A stretch of DNA of 64,000 nt from the human T2T-CHM13v2.0 reference genome, Homo sapiens. Shown here one piece after another: positions 11,401 through 29,719 of this stretch. The stretch lies in assembly GCF_009914755.1 (NCBI RefSeq), contig NC_060932.1; one strand, 5' to 3'. The notes beneath the pieces were generated by a model. That model was given only the letters and a program-made list of their open reading frames with translations. It was not told the origin of the DNA and made no database searches. Every line of letters starts with the position of its first letter. The first letter of the stretch is position 1. A program made the position numbers and the translations under genes.

Positions 11401-14400
11401 CTACTTGGTGCTTTGTTTTTCTCTATAACTCAATTACAAAATGCTCATGGTTTTATTTGCTATGTTGTTCTCATACTCGATATTTACCAGTACTGGATCA
11501 ATGTTCTAAAGGGCAGCCCTGATATTTCAGTGAACATCAGGCTGATGTTTATTACAGACCAAATCTGTGCCCTTTATTGCCAACAGTCTTACTGGAAATA
11601 TGTGTTCCTTGACCCATTTAATAAATGGTTACCCACAGATAGGGCAGTGTGACTCTTTTTCTTCCATACATGCTTTTTAACAAAAGTTTCTTACCCGTAA
11701 GGCAGTCTGTCTAACCATCAAAACATCATATTGACCTTTCCAACTTTGCTCAGGGTGACAGCTTGGTTTGTTGTTGATACTACTTTTTTTTTTTTTTCCC
11801 CTAAGTTGCTAACTAGAGCTCTCACAAAGTTATGTGCTGTCAGAGTTTGAGGCAAGTCAATTGTCTTTAGATTCATAATTCATTCTTTTTTTGCTTGTTT
11901 TAATACTATTTATATTCTAAAATAAAATGTAGCCCTTATAAAGTGTATAAAAGTATCAGTATTAAAGTCAAAACTTATAGGTGATTACCTCATTGCCAAT
12001 TATGAAAGTCCAATAATATATTTTCTTTTTGTCTATATTAGGAAACTTTTTTGGTTCTCATCTCACTAGTAAAAAATAAAGTAAGCACTGGTTATCAATA
12101 TAAGGGTGACACATTTATAAATGAATTAGCAACCAACAGGTAGTACTCTTTAGAAGGAAGATGCTATAATGCCTGTGTTTCCCTTACAAGTCTCAGAGAG
12201 CTGAAATTTTTTAAAGAGTTAAGGAAATGTTGCCAAAGCTTTCGTAATTGCATTGTTCAGTGAACATTGTTGTATTTAGCATAGAACTGTTTATGTATTT
12301 TTGTACATTTCTTTCATTACCTTCTTTTCTAAATATAAAACAGGATAGATCACTGGATAAAAATATCCAAAAGAAAGTCAAAGCCTTTATTTTTGAATTT
12401 GTGTATATATGTATATTTATGATTAAGATGTTTGTGGGCATTTCTCCTTAAAGGGAAATTCAGCCAATTTCCTGATTTTATATTCTTGATATAAAGGGGC
12501 TGTGTTTACCTCGTTTGAATACACTGCTTAAAATAGATGCAGTACAGTATTTCCTACTGCGTCTCATCAGAGCTTTTAAAGAATTAATTAGACTATCATA
12601 GAATTTGATACTTTGGAGTGCTAAGAATTCTCTTCATAATTTCTTGATATGTGATATTATGTTATTTCGTTTGAGCAAGTAGCAATTTTAAACACATGTG
12701 TATATGTCCATACAAATATAATAGCTCTTTGGAGTTTAAACAAATGCATATATATAAACATATATATATATACACACATATATAATTAGAGATCTTGGCT
12801 ATTTAGAAGCTTAATAGCACATATAATTCTATCTCAAGAGGTGCTTAACAATTTCCTAAACTGGAGAGCCTTCAATATGTCTACTTCAGACATGATATCT
12901 ATGAAGGTAATAGGATACAGAAAGAGAAAATATGTATATAATGATAGGAGAGAAAGCAGTATTTTATCATGCAATTGATTTATTTGTCCAGTTAAGCTTG
13001 TTGAGCTACAAATCAAGAACACATTTTAGTATAAACAAGACCAAACCAGAGTTCAGGTCCACAGAGTTTAATATCTAACGAGAGAGAGAAATAAACACAT
13101 ATAATTTACAAACAACTCAAAACAAGAGATTGCAATCACAGAAATATATTCAAAGTGCCAAGGCAACTCAGAGAAAGGAAAGGACAATTAATTTAATCTT
13201 GAACAATTGTCTTAGACTGATGCTGATATTGTCTGAATTCAGGGACACAGTGTCAATGACATTGAACATCTCTTATTCAGAAATGAATTAAATAAGCTGA
13301 CTAGTTTCATTAATACTATCTCAAACAACAGGTTTTGTTGGCTTAAAAAATAAAATCTTGGATGCTCTGAGAGCATGTAGGTAGAAGCAGAGAAAGAATA
13401 TTTTAAAGCCTTAAGTGGAAGCAAAATGTTGCCTACCATTTTGCAAAATTGGGTACTATTATTTTTATTTGTTTATTTATACCAAATCCAGATGTAGGCT
13501 AATTCAATCTCAAACATGAAAGGTGGGCAGATTTTATCATTAAGGTATAAAGTCATGCTGAAGATTACATATAATAAATGGACTTCATGTACTTCCAGAA
13601 TTCCAATGTCAGAAGTAATGCATCTTTGGTATCAAGTCAGTCTGGACACTTCTAAAAACAAAATGAATATACTGTGATGTGGGGTGTGTGCCACGTGGGC
13701 ATCAGCAAGGAAGAGATAGATTATCTTTCAGGTAGGGCAGAGAGCATGGATGGAAAGCTAGCTAGAGCAGAGTCAGAGTCATATTCTAGAGATGTAAGAT
13801 GGGGGAAGTGGTGACTAGCATCAGGTAGAAAAATACTTAGATTTCTAGAAGCTCTGTGTTTGTTTGAGGAGGTAGGGCAAACCTTTTTTAAAAATCTGAT
13901 ATCAGGTCAACTCTTCCCAGAAAATAGCACATACATGCACACTGCTATACATAACTTCATAGGCTTCATAGACTACTTGCGATCTTTAAGGATCAATGAG
14001 TTTAAGTGGAGGAAGGGATAATGGAAGTAGAGTATTTACCTTCATTTATAAAGAGCCTCACATTTTAAATCAACTCGATTTGTGTTCGAGGTGGGGTCCT
14101 TGTTCCAAATGGATACTACAGTTAAAACTACGAGCTAGGGGCCACATGCACTGGCTGAGGCTTTGTGGCCACCTCTTTGGTGCTCTCCTTCACTTGGCAT
14201 TCGCCTTCGCATCTAGTTAAAAAACATTTCATACATCTACTCTTTCAGGAAGCTCTCTTTTAACATTCAATGTTAGGTACTTTCTCATCCCAAAAGTCTC
14301 TCCCACAATAGAGTCACAACTTCTATGGAAACAAACAATGTCTCACTCATTTCTGAATCCCTGTTCCCAACACAGTGCAAGGCATGTGGGAGGAGGTACT

Positions 14401-15824
14401 CAGGAAATCTTTATTTTATGAATGAATAAAAGCTAACAATTGTGTATAGCAGGTTTTGCTATGTACTAGAAATTAGAAGTAGAGAATACTCTTCACACTG
14501 CAGAAAGACTATATCAATGCGTAAAAGATTCACATAATCTGAAGCAAGTTATTTTATATGGAATGAATTGGGGTAACTATACATAGTATAATATAAAATT
14601 CTTTGCCATGCAAAGGGGAATAAAAATGAGCCAGGCGCTGCACAGAATTTGGGAACATTGATTGGGGAATAGTTCTGAAGTAGAGGCCTATTGTGTAAGT
14701 AAATCTCTGGCTGAGTTCATCGGTCTCCTTTGATTGTTCAGCTAATGTCACTTCAAAACAGACTATGCTTTCTTCATGTTAACCCTTTTTTAAAAAAATT
14801 GAAACTGTTCAGGGCTTCAAGACTAGATAAGGTATACCTTATGTCTGGTATAAAAGATAAGGCATTCACTGTGGAATACAAAACCAGAAAAGTGGCATTA
14901 TTTTTTTCCAAAAGGAAAAATGAGCTCATTATGAGAGAAGAAGAAACCTTTCATCAGAGCAAAGAAAAATAGGTTCAAATAGAATAAATCTGTGATTTAG
15001 CCATTTTCCAAAAGTACTGAGTTTTTGCTGAAAGAATTATCCCAAATTGCTCAGATTTTGGTGTTTGTAGAGAAAATATAGTTTCTATAGGATTCTGTTT
15101 TCTTCATATCAAAGAATTGAGCCATTCGGGGTTTAAATATTGAAAAATGAATTTAACCTAGACCTAATAGAAGACAAAGTCAATCACAAACATCCATAAT
15201 AATCAAATGGACAAAGCTCTCTTACATGTATTTATTTTCTTAAACATTAACAAATCAATTCAATTATTCAGTCTCTTGCTTTCAGGATCTCTAGATTAAC
15301 TGGGCTGAAATAATCCTTAAGTCCATTTCTATATACATTTCTGTATCTGTTTTATCAGAATTCTTGGTATCTTGGGAATTTATTTTTCCTGAAAACAATT
15401 TACATCAGAACTTAAACATGGGCAGTTCATCTAGTCTGATTGCCTAGAATCTTCCTGGTTTCATCTCAGTTCCACTCTATCTTCAGCCATGCTATTTCCT
15501 CTGCTTAGTACCCCAACCTCAACCTCAAATCTATCTGATAAGTAGCCCATATTGTTTCTTTAGAACTCAACTCAGGCATACCCTCTCTCTTCTTTCAGTC
15601 TATTTTAGATGTATTTTTCTCTCTGTTCCGAGGGTAAAATGTACACAATTATAAAATGTAGTGAGGAAGAGAGACCAATGGGGCAGAGAGACAAGCATGT
15701 AGCTCTCTGAAACAGACTGGGTGAGGTGTTGCTCACTGGTGCCTAGCACAGATGTTGGACCATTGCAGGATCCCCCAAAAGTTTTTGAATACATTAAAAA
15801 ATGACCTTTTAAGCTGCAATCATA

Positions 15825-16030
15825 TGCCTTTTCTAAGCACTGCACATTAATTAACTCGTTTAACACAACACTCATCCGAATTTGGTATCACTGTTATACC
15901 AACAGGAAGCCAAGAGGATACTAAGGTTCACCAATGGTGTATGACTTTTCTGTAGTCACACAACTAGTAAGTGGCACAAATGCAATACTACTCCTGGGCA
16001 TCTAGCCCAAACCAAATGTTCTTCTTTATT
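15825..16030 (-). mobile_element. MIR
   Basis: ttctaagcact...attaactcgtttaa...gtcacacaactagtaagtggca. Confidence 0.6.
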
Positions 16031-18659
16031 ATGCTCCATATTCTGACCTGATTATATTATTGAAGGTACTGGATAATTGAGCTTGCTTCTAAAGAAAAAA
16101 AAGGGTGAATGAATGATTCAATGTCTGTCATGAATTCCCTAAGTATTTATTAACCTCTCTCTAGTCATTAATTCAACAGATAATCATTGCGTTCCTACTA
16201 TGGCACAGGCACTGGGCATCTACAAAAGAATAAGATACATTCTGAATACAAGTGACTGAGATTCAGAAGGGGAAAGCATATTATATATTGTGTTTTGTTC
16301 ACATTGCATCATAGGAAGTTTCAGCCTACATTACATCATCTTAGAATAAGTACAATTACATCAGCCAGAAAATTTTTAAATTAATATTCTTTATCATTTA
16401 GGCATTTAACTCTGACAAAGATACTATAGTACATTTTGTAGTGAATTGATGTAATTGCCCTCCTTGGATACTCAATTTTAGGAGTCGCTTTGAGCATCCA
16501 CACATTTCTGCAGTATACAGTTTATGAAACTTACCAGAAAATAAAAGGACCAATCTAAAATAAAGAATCTCTATTGTATTTTTCTACTGACAATGCAAAT
16601 GCTTATCTTAAAACATCTAATTTTTTCCCCCTTTTCACAGGCAAGCACAACTGTAACACTTCCAGAATCTCAGTTCCTTGCCAGTTGTCATTCTGAAGCA
16701 TAAATGGAATGCAGGGTTTGGAAGTTGTATTTGCTCTGCATTAACAAAAGAAGTAAAAGCTGTTTTTCCCTCACCCCTAAATGATGTACCATAACTCATA
16801 GAATAGACAAGTAGTATTACAAGATATCATTTTCATAGACACTCTTCTAAACCTAGCTCTGGATAATATAAATAATAGAGTTCACTTTAAAATTTTTAAA
16901 TACTTTTTGATGGCAGAGTGTCTTTCATTTTTGTTTTCATTGATAACGTTCTCTATCCTTAAATTAACTTTAATCATGTAGGCCATGTTGCCTTTTACCA
17001 AATGTCTTTAGCAGTTCTAATGATATACAAAGTGTTGTTTTTGCAGTATTTTGAAAAAGGGACATATTAATGTTTCACCTTTAGAAAGTTTTTTTCACAA
17101 GAATTGAATCACTTTCTGATTGTTCTGTATGACATCATTGTAGATGTATAACACTTTTTGGCTTATTTAAGTTTATTTTAAGCATTCTCTAATATCTTAC
17201 GCCTTGTCTTAACCTCAGTATTAATCCTGTTGATTACATAATTTGTATTCTTTGAAGCCTATTTCATTATTTGCACGTCTTTCTCCTTTCTACTCATCTT
17301 GAGCTGATGAACTTGAATTACCCTTTTGCTCTAAACCTTAAGTCAGACCAAATTAGAATAACTCCTCCTTTTTTTCTATAATTATTTTTCCTTTCTTGTA
17401 TTATTACTCCTTACCACATTGTATTGAACTTGTTTAGGTAATTATCTGTCTTCTAAATTATGCTGTGTCATTGACAAGATATCAAACTGTATCTTATTTA
17501 CAGAGGATATTTTATGCTTTTAGCCCCAGTGCCAAGCACAGCTTCTGACATAGAGCACATCCTCAAGAAGCGTTTTTTAAATTGTTGAATATAAATAGCC
17601 TAAAAGACCATTGGCATCTGATCAAAATTAATTTTTACAGCCAAATAAATTAACATCATGTTGACCTCAACTTAATTCTTTCATTTGTCAGGAAATAAAA
17701 TTTGAATTGTTTGAAATAATCAACTTCATCTGTACTTTGCTCTAATAGTTCCTTGCATGTGACAATTGATGGTTTGCTATTTAAATAATATTACAAATGT
17801 CAAAGATGATAAATGTGTAGTCCTCCATCTTCATACCCTGGCTGAGTGTAGATATTGTAAAAATGTCCATTTAAGTAAAACAATGAGGGCATAAAAGTAC
17901 AATTCGGTATTTCCAACCATGACTCAAAATTAAATCTTTTCAACACATGTTTTAAAGAACACATAGGGTTCTATACTGTATCTAGAATTTTTCTTATATT
18001 AATTGTTGATTATATCAAGTCTTGAGTCTTGTAACAGAAATTCATTTTATTTCAAATTTGGACTCACATGATACTGTGATATGCTTTCCCCTAATTACAG
18101 AGCTCCTCCATTATCTTTCCTTTCTTTCTTCTTGAGGAAAAAATTCACTGAAACATGTTTTAAGGACAAAAGATTTCAAACTTATAAAAATATTTCAGTC
18201 TTATAAAAAGAAAAGGTAAATCAAAGTTGGAACCTAATGGTCTTCATAATGCCACTAAAAGTTCATAGCTGATAGGAAGAATGATCTATCACATAAAAAG
18301 TAGTTTAGTTAACCTAACAAAACAAAAATAGGTTATATTTTGCTTGTATGGTATTAAAATATAAAATTATAAACATTAGTATTGATAAAGGTTATTTCTA
18401 AAGCCATCTTATATTTTAAGTAGATGATTTTCAGCAGATCACCTTCTGTCTTAGATGAAGTATGTATGTACTTTTTTATTTAAATGAAATGAGATACCAT
18501 GAGAATGAAGAATGCTCTAGGGAATAAAAATCATTATGAATTATTAATTTTGATTATATTTTAAAATTAAAGCATTTGTTACTAAAAATTCTTGAAACAT
18601 AATGTGACAAGAAGTAAAAATAATTAAGTCAAACAAATGCAAGCTAATTTATAAATATT

Positions 18660-19330
18660 TTATAACATTTATTGAGTTTCTAGATTGTATATGAAACTAA
18701 TGGAACAGATGTCAACCTAACAGAGAATTGTATGTAGTATGATAAGGCAATGATTAAAGTCTACAAAAGGGATTATTAAATCATCTAAAAGGGACAGTTA
18801 ACCAAGACTGAGAGGTCTAGGAAAACTTTTTAGAAAATGTTGCATCTGAGTTGAAACTTGAAGAACTAGGAGGCATAACAAGGCGAATAGGAAATAAAAG
18901 GAAATACATTTCAAAGCCATGATTAGAAGATTAGGACAAACATGGTCAATCAGGGAATTGTGTGGGAGTGTAAACTGCAAATAAAAGTAAACAAACATAA
19001 AATGGGGAGGCAACTGGGTTTAAATCATTAAAGGTGTTGTAGGTCATGTTGAGGAGTTTATCATGACAGCAATGGGGAGTCATTGAAAGAGGTTAAACAG
19101 AAGTACCAACACCAGTATATGTCCTTTGCAATGGAGGAATGGAGGCATGGGTGGTAAAGATGTTTCTAACTGTGGGAAATGGGAGCCAAGGGAGAGGACA
19201 GTGGATTGAGAGAGTTTCTGTTTTGATGGCTTCTATTTTCTCTATAAATAAAATTGCTGAAATCATCTCCAGTAAGTGAGAGAGAGGATAGTGGAGTAGA
19301 ATGTTTATGGAATGTGGTGAAGACATAAAA
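18660..19330 (-). mobile_element. L2 fragment
   Basis: atttattgag; tctgagttgaaacttgaaga; gcaatggggagtcattgaaag. Confidence 0.55.
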
Positions 19331-19789
19331 TATCATCTGTTGGGAAATGGCACTGAGAACTCATCTGCGAAGCTATAAGGAATGATTGCTGGGTGTGTTG
19401 AACTTCCTCTTCAGTTTTTTAGGACACTGCTTCACATATTTCTTCTGCTTCTTTGGAAGTTCATAGGAAAGGACAGAAAACACAAATTCTTAAACTATAG
19501 AAATCTAGATAGGTTGATACGAAATTTAGATTTTACTTTATATAAAAAACAGGAACAAGGTTTAAAGATGTTGAAGTGTAGTCGAAGCAATGAGATGTGG
19601 GATTTTGGCTAAATACAGAAGGGAGTGAAATGTATTTGCAAGTATACAAATATACCTGGAGGTTATACACACAGGTATGAAAATCTTGAAAGGATAAAAT
19701 GGTATTTTGAAAGGGTAGAATATAGGATTTTAAAATGTGCAATAACTGAGGAGGGTTTAAATAAATTATGGAAGATCTATATTTGTGGA

Positions 19790-20620
19790 AGTCTAAATGG
19801 GTAGAATGCTTATGGAAGCAATTTAACCTTGTCCATCAACTTCAAGTGCAAATATCATTCAACCCAAAAATTCCACTCCTACAAATTTCACCTCCAGGTA
19901 TATTTGTATACTTGCAAAGTGAAGGCTGTACAGGGTATTTTGTTGCTGCATTGTTCGTAAGAGTAAAATGCCCATCATAGAGAATTGCTTAGGCTTATTA
20001 TGGTGCATCCATAAAAATGACATTATGAAGCTGTAAAAAGAAATGCAAAAACTCTTTATGGATGTAAAATGTTCTTCAAGATACAAGGTTAATTAAAAAA
20101 GAAAAACATCAAGGTTCAGAACAGTGTGGTATAATGCAATCTAAAAAAGGGGGAAAAGCCTATATATGTATTTGCATACCTGTGTATAAGATACTTTCAA
20201 ATAAATGTATATGAAAATAATATAACTAGTTGCTGATGAGAAGTTGGAGGGTCGGGGAACAAAAGTGGAAAAAGAACTTTCGTGGTCATTTCATTGTATA
20301 TTTTTTCATACAGTATAAATTTTGAATTAGAATGTATTACTATGGGGTAATTTTTAAAAATCAAACTATAGATATAACAAATATAAGCATATAAGCTTTT
20401 GTAAATCTTAGTAGCTTGGAAATATATTCAAAATAATGAGCTTAGGGCAGGGAAGAAAAAAATTACACAAGAATATACCTATAACACTGACATAATGCAG
20501 GCATAGTAAAATGATAAGAGAGTACACCCAAAATATCAACAGTGTTTGCTAAAGGTGGTAGGATTGGATTGCAAGCAATTTTTATTCTTTGCATTTTGAA
20601 TATATCTTAGTGCATATGCA
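19790..20620 (+). mobile_element. L1ME-type 3' region
   Basis: aacccaaaaattccactcct; gctgcattgttcgtaagag; aaatgcccatcatagaga. Boundaries are approximate. Confidence 0.65.
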
Positions 20621-21369
20621 TTATTTACATTTGAGCAAGTTGGCCCAATATGCTATGAATGTTATTACTAAAGGAGAAAAATTTCTAAAAGATTACTCTG
20701 AGATAATTCCTGAGACTCCATTCTTTTAAATGTGGAAACCCTGTTTTTGATAGTTTGCAATGAAATATAATACAGAGAAATGTAGAATCTTCTATGATAC
20801 CTTCCATTTTAATCAAAGATCAAAATGTGACAGATGTGCCTGCTAAGAACTTTTATCTGTTATCATAAATAAAATGCATTCACTCATCTAAATTAAGAGA
20901 ATATTGCAAGAATGAGGCTACAAGACAAATCTAATGAAGGGTAATATAGAATGTCAGAAGGCCCACGGAATTCACAAGTAAAATGAATAACCATTCACTT
21001 TTATGTTTTCAGCATAATTGACAATAAAGGAATAACTTCCATTAAACATTCAGATAAACAACCATATTCTCTAAGTACAGTGTCTGCAAAATCTTGTTTT
21101 CTGGTACAAGCTAGGAATTTTAGTACAGTTGTAAAATCTTCTGAAACATGTCTGTTTTTTCAGTTAATAATTCACAAGTCTATTAAATGTATGGTCATGA
21201 GAGAGGTCAAAAAAGAATGTTATACTTCTTCATGGCAAAAAATAATTATTTAAAAGTTGATGTTTAATGTATTTACTGTAATTGGGATTCGATTTTTTGA
21301 AATAGCCTTCAATTGAATGGTAGAAATGTGGAAACATCTAAGCAGTAAGATTACATATAAGTCTTCATC

Positions 21370-22225
21370 CCCCTTCCTCATTTCTCCCCCTATCATTAAC
21401 ATCTTGCATTTAGAGTGGTACATTTGTTGCAATTGATGAGCCAGTATGGATATGCTATTATTACCAAAAGTCCATAATTTACATTAGGATTCACTCTTTA
21501 TGTTATACTTTCTGTGAGTTTTACAAATCATAATGACATGTATCTACCATTACAGTATCATACAAAATAGTTGCCCAGATTGCAGCAGTGCCATTTTGTA
21601 TTTCTACCAGCAATGAATGAGAGCTCCTGTAGTCATACTTCCGTGCCACCTTTTGGTGTAATCAGTTTTTTTTTTATTTTTATTTTTTTTTATTTTAGCC
21701 ATTCTAAGGTGTGTAGTGATATCTTGCTGTTGTTTTAATTTCCAATCGCCTAATGATGTATGTTCATTGCTTATTTGTCATCTGTTTATCTTCTTTGATG
21801 AGATGTTCTTCAGATATTTTGTCCATGTTTTAATTAGATTGTTATCATATTGTTGCATTTTAAAGGTTCTCAATATGTTTTGGACACCAGTCTCTTTTCG
21901 GATATGTCTTTTGCAAATGTTTTCGTTTCTTCCTAATCTGACTTGTTCCGTCCTCTGAATTGTATTTCAAAGAGCAGTTTTTACTCTCTTTGTAAAAAAA
22001 AAAAAGGCAGTTTGACCTTGCCAAACCTAAGGTCACCTAGATTTTCTACTAGGTTATCTTATAAGAGTTTTATACTTTTGCATCTTATATGCAAGTCTAT
22101 AATCACTTTTGAGTTACTTTTTGTGAAAGGAATAAAGTATGTATCTAGATTCATTTTTTTTTTTTTTTTTGCATGTGGATATCCAGTTGTTCTGGCATCA
22201 TTTGTTGTAAAAGGCTTCATTTTGT
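21370..22225 (-). mobile_element. L1MC/MD-type fragment
   Basis: gtggtacatttgttgcaattgatgagcc; ctaccagcaatgaatgagag; gcatgtggatatccagttgttctggcatcatttgttg. Confidence 0.75.
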
Positions 22226-23079
22226 AAAACTTATTTTTCTTCATTTATTTACTGAGTTTCTAGTCCCTTCATAAAATATATGGCTTCAAGCTCATTTTTC
22301 TCTCTCTACTCTGTTTCCTCCAAACTATCCCACACTTTTAAAAGGAATCTTCCATATTTTTCTAGCCACTTTTATAATGGGGAATGTCTTCCATAACATC
22401 CTGAAGTTCATCATCAAATTCACACTAAGGGATAGGTGATGATTTTATAAAGCAACCCACCTTTGTTTTGTATAACCTGAGTTATTCATTCATTCATTCA
22501 TTCAACATATATTAAGCACCCATTTTTAAACAGATATTAGTCCAAGAAATTATTATACTGAAGCTAAAAGTACTATATCCTGGTTCATCCTTTTGAGAAA
22601 TATACAAATATTTGTACTCTTAAATGTCATTGACTTTCATATTTGTTAGAGTGTCTTTCACTCTTTCTCATAGTTTAGCAGTTTTCTGTTCTTCCAAACA
22701 TTCCTAATGTGACATTGATATACTTGTATCTGGGTGTAATTTCACTTGTCTATGCTCCTCTCATGACACTGTTTACTCAGTTACAGACAATTGCTCTAGA
22801 GGTCTTCCATTAAGTGTAGTGTAAAATGGGTCTATTACTTTCTGTGACATGGACAACATCCTGTATTAAGCTTTAAATCACTGGTATTTTTGCTGCCAAA
22901 ATAGCATACTGCACTATCATATTAAATTCATTATAAAATTAACATTTGCCTGTTGGTCATATTCAATATTTTTCAAGTGTGGAAAATCTCAATATGAGGT
23001 GCCTTGAGGGAATGTAGTAGTGGGGGACTAATTTTAATTAATTTTAATTTAATTGTGTATTATACCAAGGTATCCAAAG

Positions 23080-23290
23080 AGGCAATGTACTATAATAGAA
23101 AAATGCTGCATTTGGCATTGTGAAATTCAGATTTAGCGTGTGTCTGATACATATTAGCTGGTTGTGCTCAGTAAGTTATTTAACTTCTTTAAGCTTATGT
23201 TTATTCCTCTGTAAAATAATGATGATAACAATGCTTGCCTTTTCTACTTTCTAATGTGTTTTGAGAGATTAACATTGAAATATATATGAA
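23080..23290 (+). mobile_element. MIR
   Basis: aagttatttaacttctttaagcttatgtttattcctctgtaaaat. Confidence 0.65.
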
Positions 23291-23314
23291 AATAATTCTA
23301 ACTAAGGTTTACTG

Positions 23315-23620
23315 GGAAATAATTTACATACCTTAAAAAATCACCCTTTTTAGTGTACCATTCTATTGATTTTAACAGATGCACATAGTCATGTACCCAC
23401 AATCATGGTGTAGAACAATGCCATCACCCCATATATTTCCACTTGTCTCTTTGTTTTTTATGCCTGGCAACCACTGGTCTGCTTTGTATCCCTATAGTTT
23501 CGCCTTTTCTAGAATGTCATATCAATGGAATCATTCTGGGTGTGGCTTCCTTCACTTGTCATAATTCTCTGATATTCTTCCATGCTGTTGCATTTATCAG
23601 TAGTGAGTTCCTTTTTTATT
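23315..23620 (-). mobile_element. L1MB/ME 3' fragment next to the young L1
   Basis: aatttacatacc; cctggcaaccactggtctgctttgtatccctatagtttcgccttttctagaatgtcatatcaatggaatcat. Confidence 0.75.
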
Positions 23621-23913
23621 AATATATTTTTAAAGTTTTTAATTTTATTGAAGTCCAGATCATTATTTAAAAACATTAAAACAAGTTTTTTTTTTGTTTT
23701 TTTTTTTTATTATACTTTAAGTTTTAGGGTACATGTGCACATTGTGCAGGTTAGTTACATATGTATACATGTGCCATGCTGGTGCGCTGCATCCACTAAC
23801 TCGTCATCTAGCATTAGGTATATCTCCCAATGCTATCCCTCCCCCGTACCCCTACCCCACAACAGTCCCCAGAGTGTGATATTCCCCTTCCTGTGTCCAT
23901 GTGATCTCATTGT

Positions 23914-27736
<3,823 letters not shown>

Positions 27737-27799
27737 TATGATTATAGCTGGTGATTTTGCTCGTTAGTTGATGCAGTTTCTTCCTAGTCTCGATGGTCT

Positions 27800-28815
27800 T
27801 TACATTTTGGCATGATTTTGCAGCGGCTGGTACCCGTTGTTCCTTTCCATGTTTAGTGCTTCTTTCAGGAGCTCTTGTAAGGCAGGCCTGGTGGTGACAA
27901 AATCGGTCAGCATTTGCTTGTCTGTAAAGTATTTTATTTCTCCTTCACTTATGAAGCTTAGTTTGGCTGGATATGAAATTCTGGGTTCAAAATTCTTTTC
28001 TTTAAGAATGTTGAATATTGGCCCCTACTCTCTTCTGGCTTGTAGAGTTTCTGCCGAGAGATCTGCTGTTAGTCTGATGGGCTTCCCTTTGAGGGTAACC
28101 CGACCTTTCTCTCTGGCTGCCCTTAACATTTTTTCCTTCATTTCAACTTTGGTGAATCTGACAATTATGTGTCTTGGAGTTGCTCTTCTCGAGGAGTATC
28201 TTTGTGGCGTTCTCTGTATTTCCTGAATCTGAACGTTGGCCTGCCTTGCTAGACTGGGGAAGTTCTCCTGGATAATATCCTGCAGAGTGTTTTCCAACTT
28301 GGTTCCATTCTCCCCATCACTTTCAGGTACACCAATCAGACGTAGATTTGGTCTTTTCACATAGTCCCGTATTTCCTGGAGGCTTTGCTCATTTCTTTTT
28401 ATTCTTTTTTCTCTAGACTTCCCTTCTCGCTTCATTTCATTCATTTCATCTTCCATTGCTGATACCCTTTCTTCCAGTTGATCGCATCGGCTCCTGAGGC
28501 TTCTGCATTCTTCACGTAGTTCTCGAGCCTTGGTTTTCAGCTCCATCAGCTCCTTTAAGCACTTCTCTGTATTGGTTATTCTAGTTATACATTCTTCTAA
28601 ATTTTTTTTCAAAGTTTTCAACTTCTTTGCCTTCGGTTTGAATGTCCTTCCGTAGCTCAGAGTAATTTGATCGTCTGAAGCCTTCTTCTCTCAGCTCGTC
28701 AGTCATTCTCCATCCAGTTTTGTTCCATTGCTGGTGAGGAACTGTGTTCCTTTGGAGGAGGAGAGGCTCTCTGCTTTTTAGAGTTTCCAGTTTTTCTGTT
28801 CTGTTTTTTCCCCAT
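27800..28815 (-). pseudogene. ORF1: L1 ORF1 (RNA-binding chaperone), disrupted
   Basis: ATG at 28815 gives MGKKQNRKTGNSK. A 2-bp deletion creates TGA at codon 39 (28701-28699). There is an extra A in the A-run near 28605 and a TGG>TAG change at 28025-28027. ORF-track piece 28025..28621 matches ORF1p coiled-coil/RRM sequence (YVKRPNLRLIGVPE). Confidence 0.95.
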
Positions 28816-29719
28816 CTTTGTGGTTTTATCTACTTTTGGTCTTTGATGATGGTGATGTACAGATGGGTTTTTGGTGTGGATGTCCTTTCTGTTTGTTAGT
28901 TTTCCTTCTAACAGAGAGGACCCTCAGCTGCAGGTCTGTTGGAGTACCCTGCCGTGTGAGGTGTCAGTGTGCCCCTGCTGGGGGGTGCCTCCCAGTTAGG
29001 CTGCTCGGGTGTCAGGGGACAGGGACCCACTTGAGGAGGCAGTCTGCCCGTCCTGAGATCTCCAGCTGCGTGCTGGGAGAACCACTGCTCTCTTCAAAGC
29101 TGTCAGACAGGGACATTTAAGTCTGCAGAGGTTACTGCTGTCTTTTTGTTTGTGCCCTGCCCCCAGAGGTGGAGCCTACAGAGGAAAGCAGGCCTCCTTG
29201 AGCTGTGGTGGGCTCCACCCAGTTCGAGCTTCCCAGCTGCTTTGTTTACCTAAGCAAGCCTGGGCAATGGCAGGCGCCCCTCCCCCAGCCTAGCTGCCCC
29301 CTTGCAGTTTGATCTCAGACTGCTGTGCTAGCAATCAGCGAGACTCCGTGGGCATAGGACCCTCCGAGCCAGGTGCGGGATATAATCTCGTGGTGCGCCG
29401 TTTTTTAAGCCCGTCGGAAAAGCGCAGTATTCGGGTGGGAGTGACCCGATTTTCCAGGTGCCGTCTGTCAGCCCTTTCTTTGACTCAGACAGGGAACTCC
29501 CTGACCCCTTGCGCTTCCCAAGTGAGGCAATGCCTCGCCCTGCTTCGGCTGGCGCACGGTGCACGCACCCACTGACCTGCGCCCACTGTCTGGCACTTCC
29601 TAGTGAGATGCACCCGGTACCTCAGATGGAAATGCAGAAATCACCCATCTTCTGCGTCGCTCACGCTGGGAGCTGTAGACAGGAGCTGTTCCTATTCGGC
29701 CATCTTGGCTCCTCCCTCC
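28816..29719 (-). promoter_or_regulatory. L1 5'UTR with internal sense promoter, antisense promoter and YY1 site
   Basis: GC/CpG-rich segment of about 900 bp. The YY1 core AAGATGGCC is intact (plus strand ggccatctt, 29698-29706). Promoter function is taken from established L1 biology. Confidence 0.8.
29267..29575 (+). pseudogene. ORF0: L1 ORF0 (antisense 5'UTR ORF), truncated by a stop at codon 9
   Basis: ATG GCA GGC GCC CCT CCC CCA GCC TAG spans 29267-29293. The downstream frame LISDCCASNQRDSVGIGPSEPG matches ORF0. Confidence 0.8.

Noticed and set aside
13870-14000. Possible hAT-Charlie (MER) relic
   Set aside because: The resemblance is too weak to assign a family or boundaries without a search.
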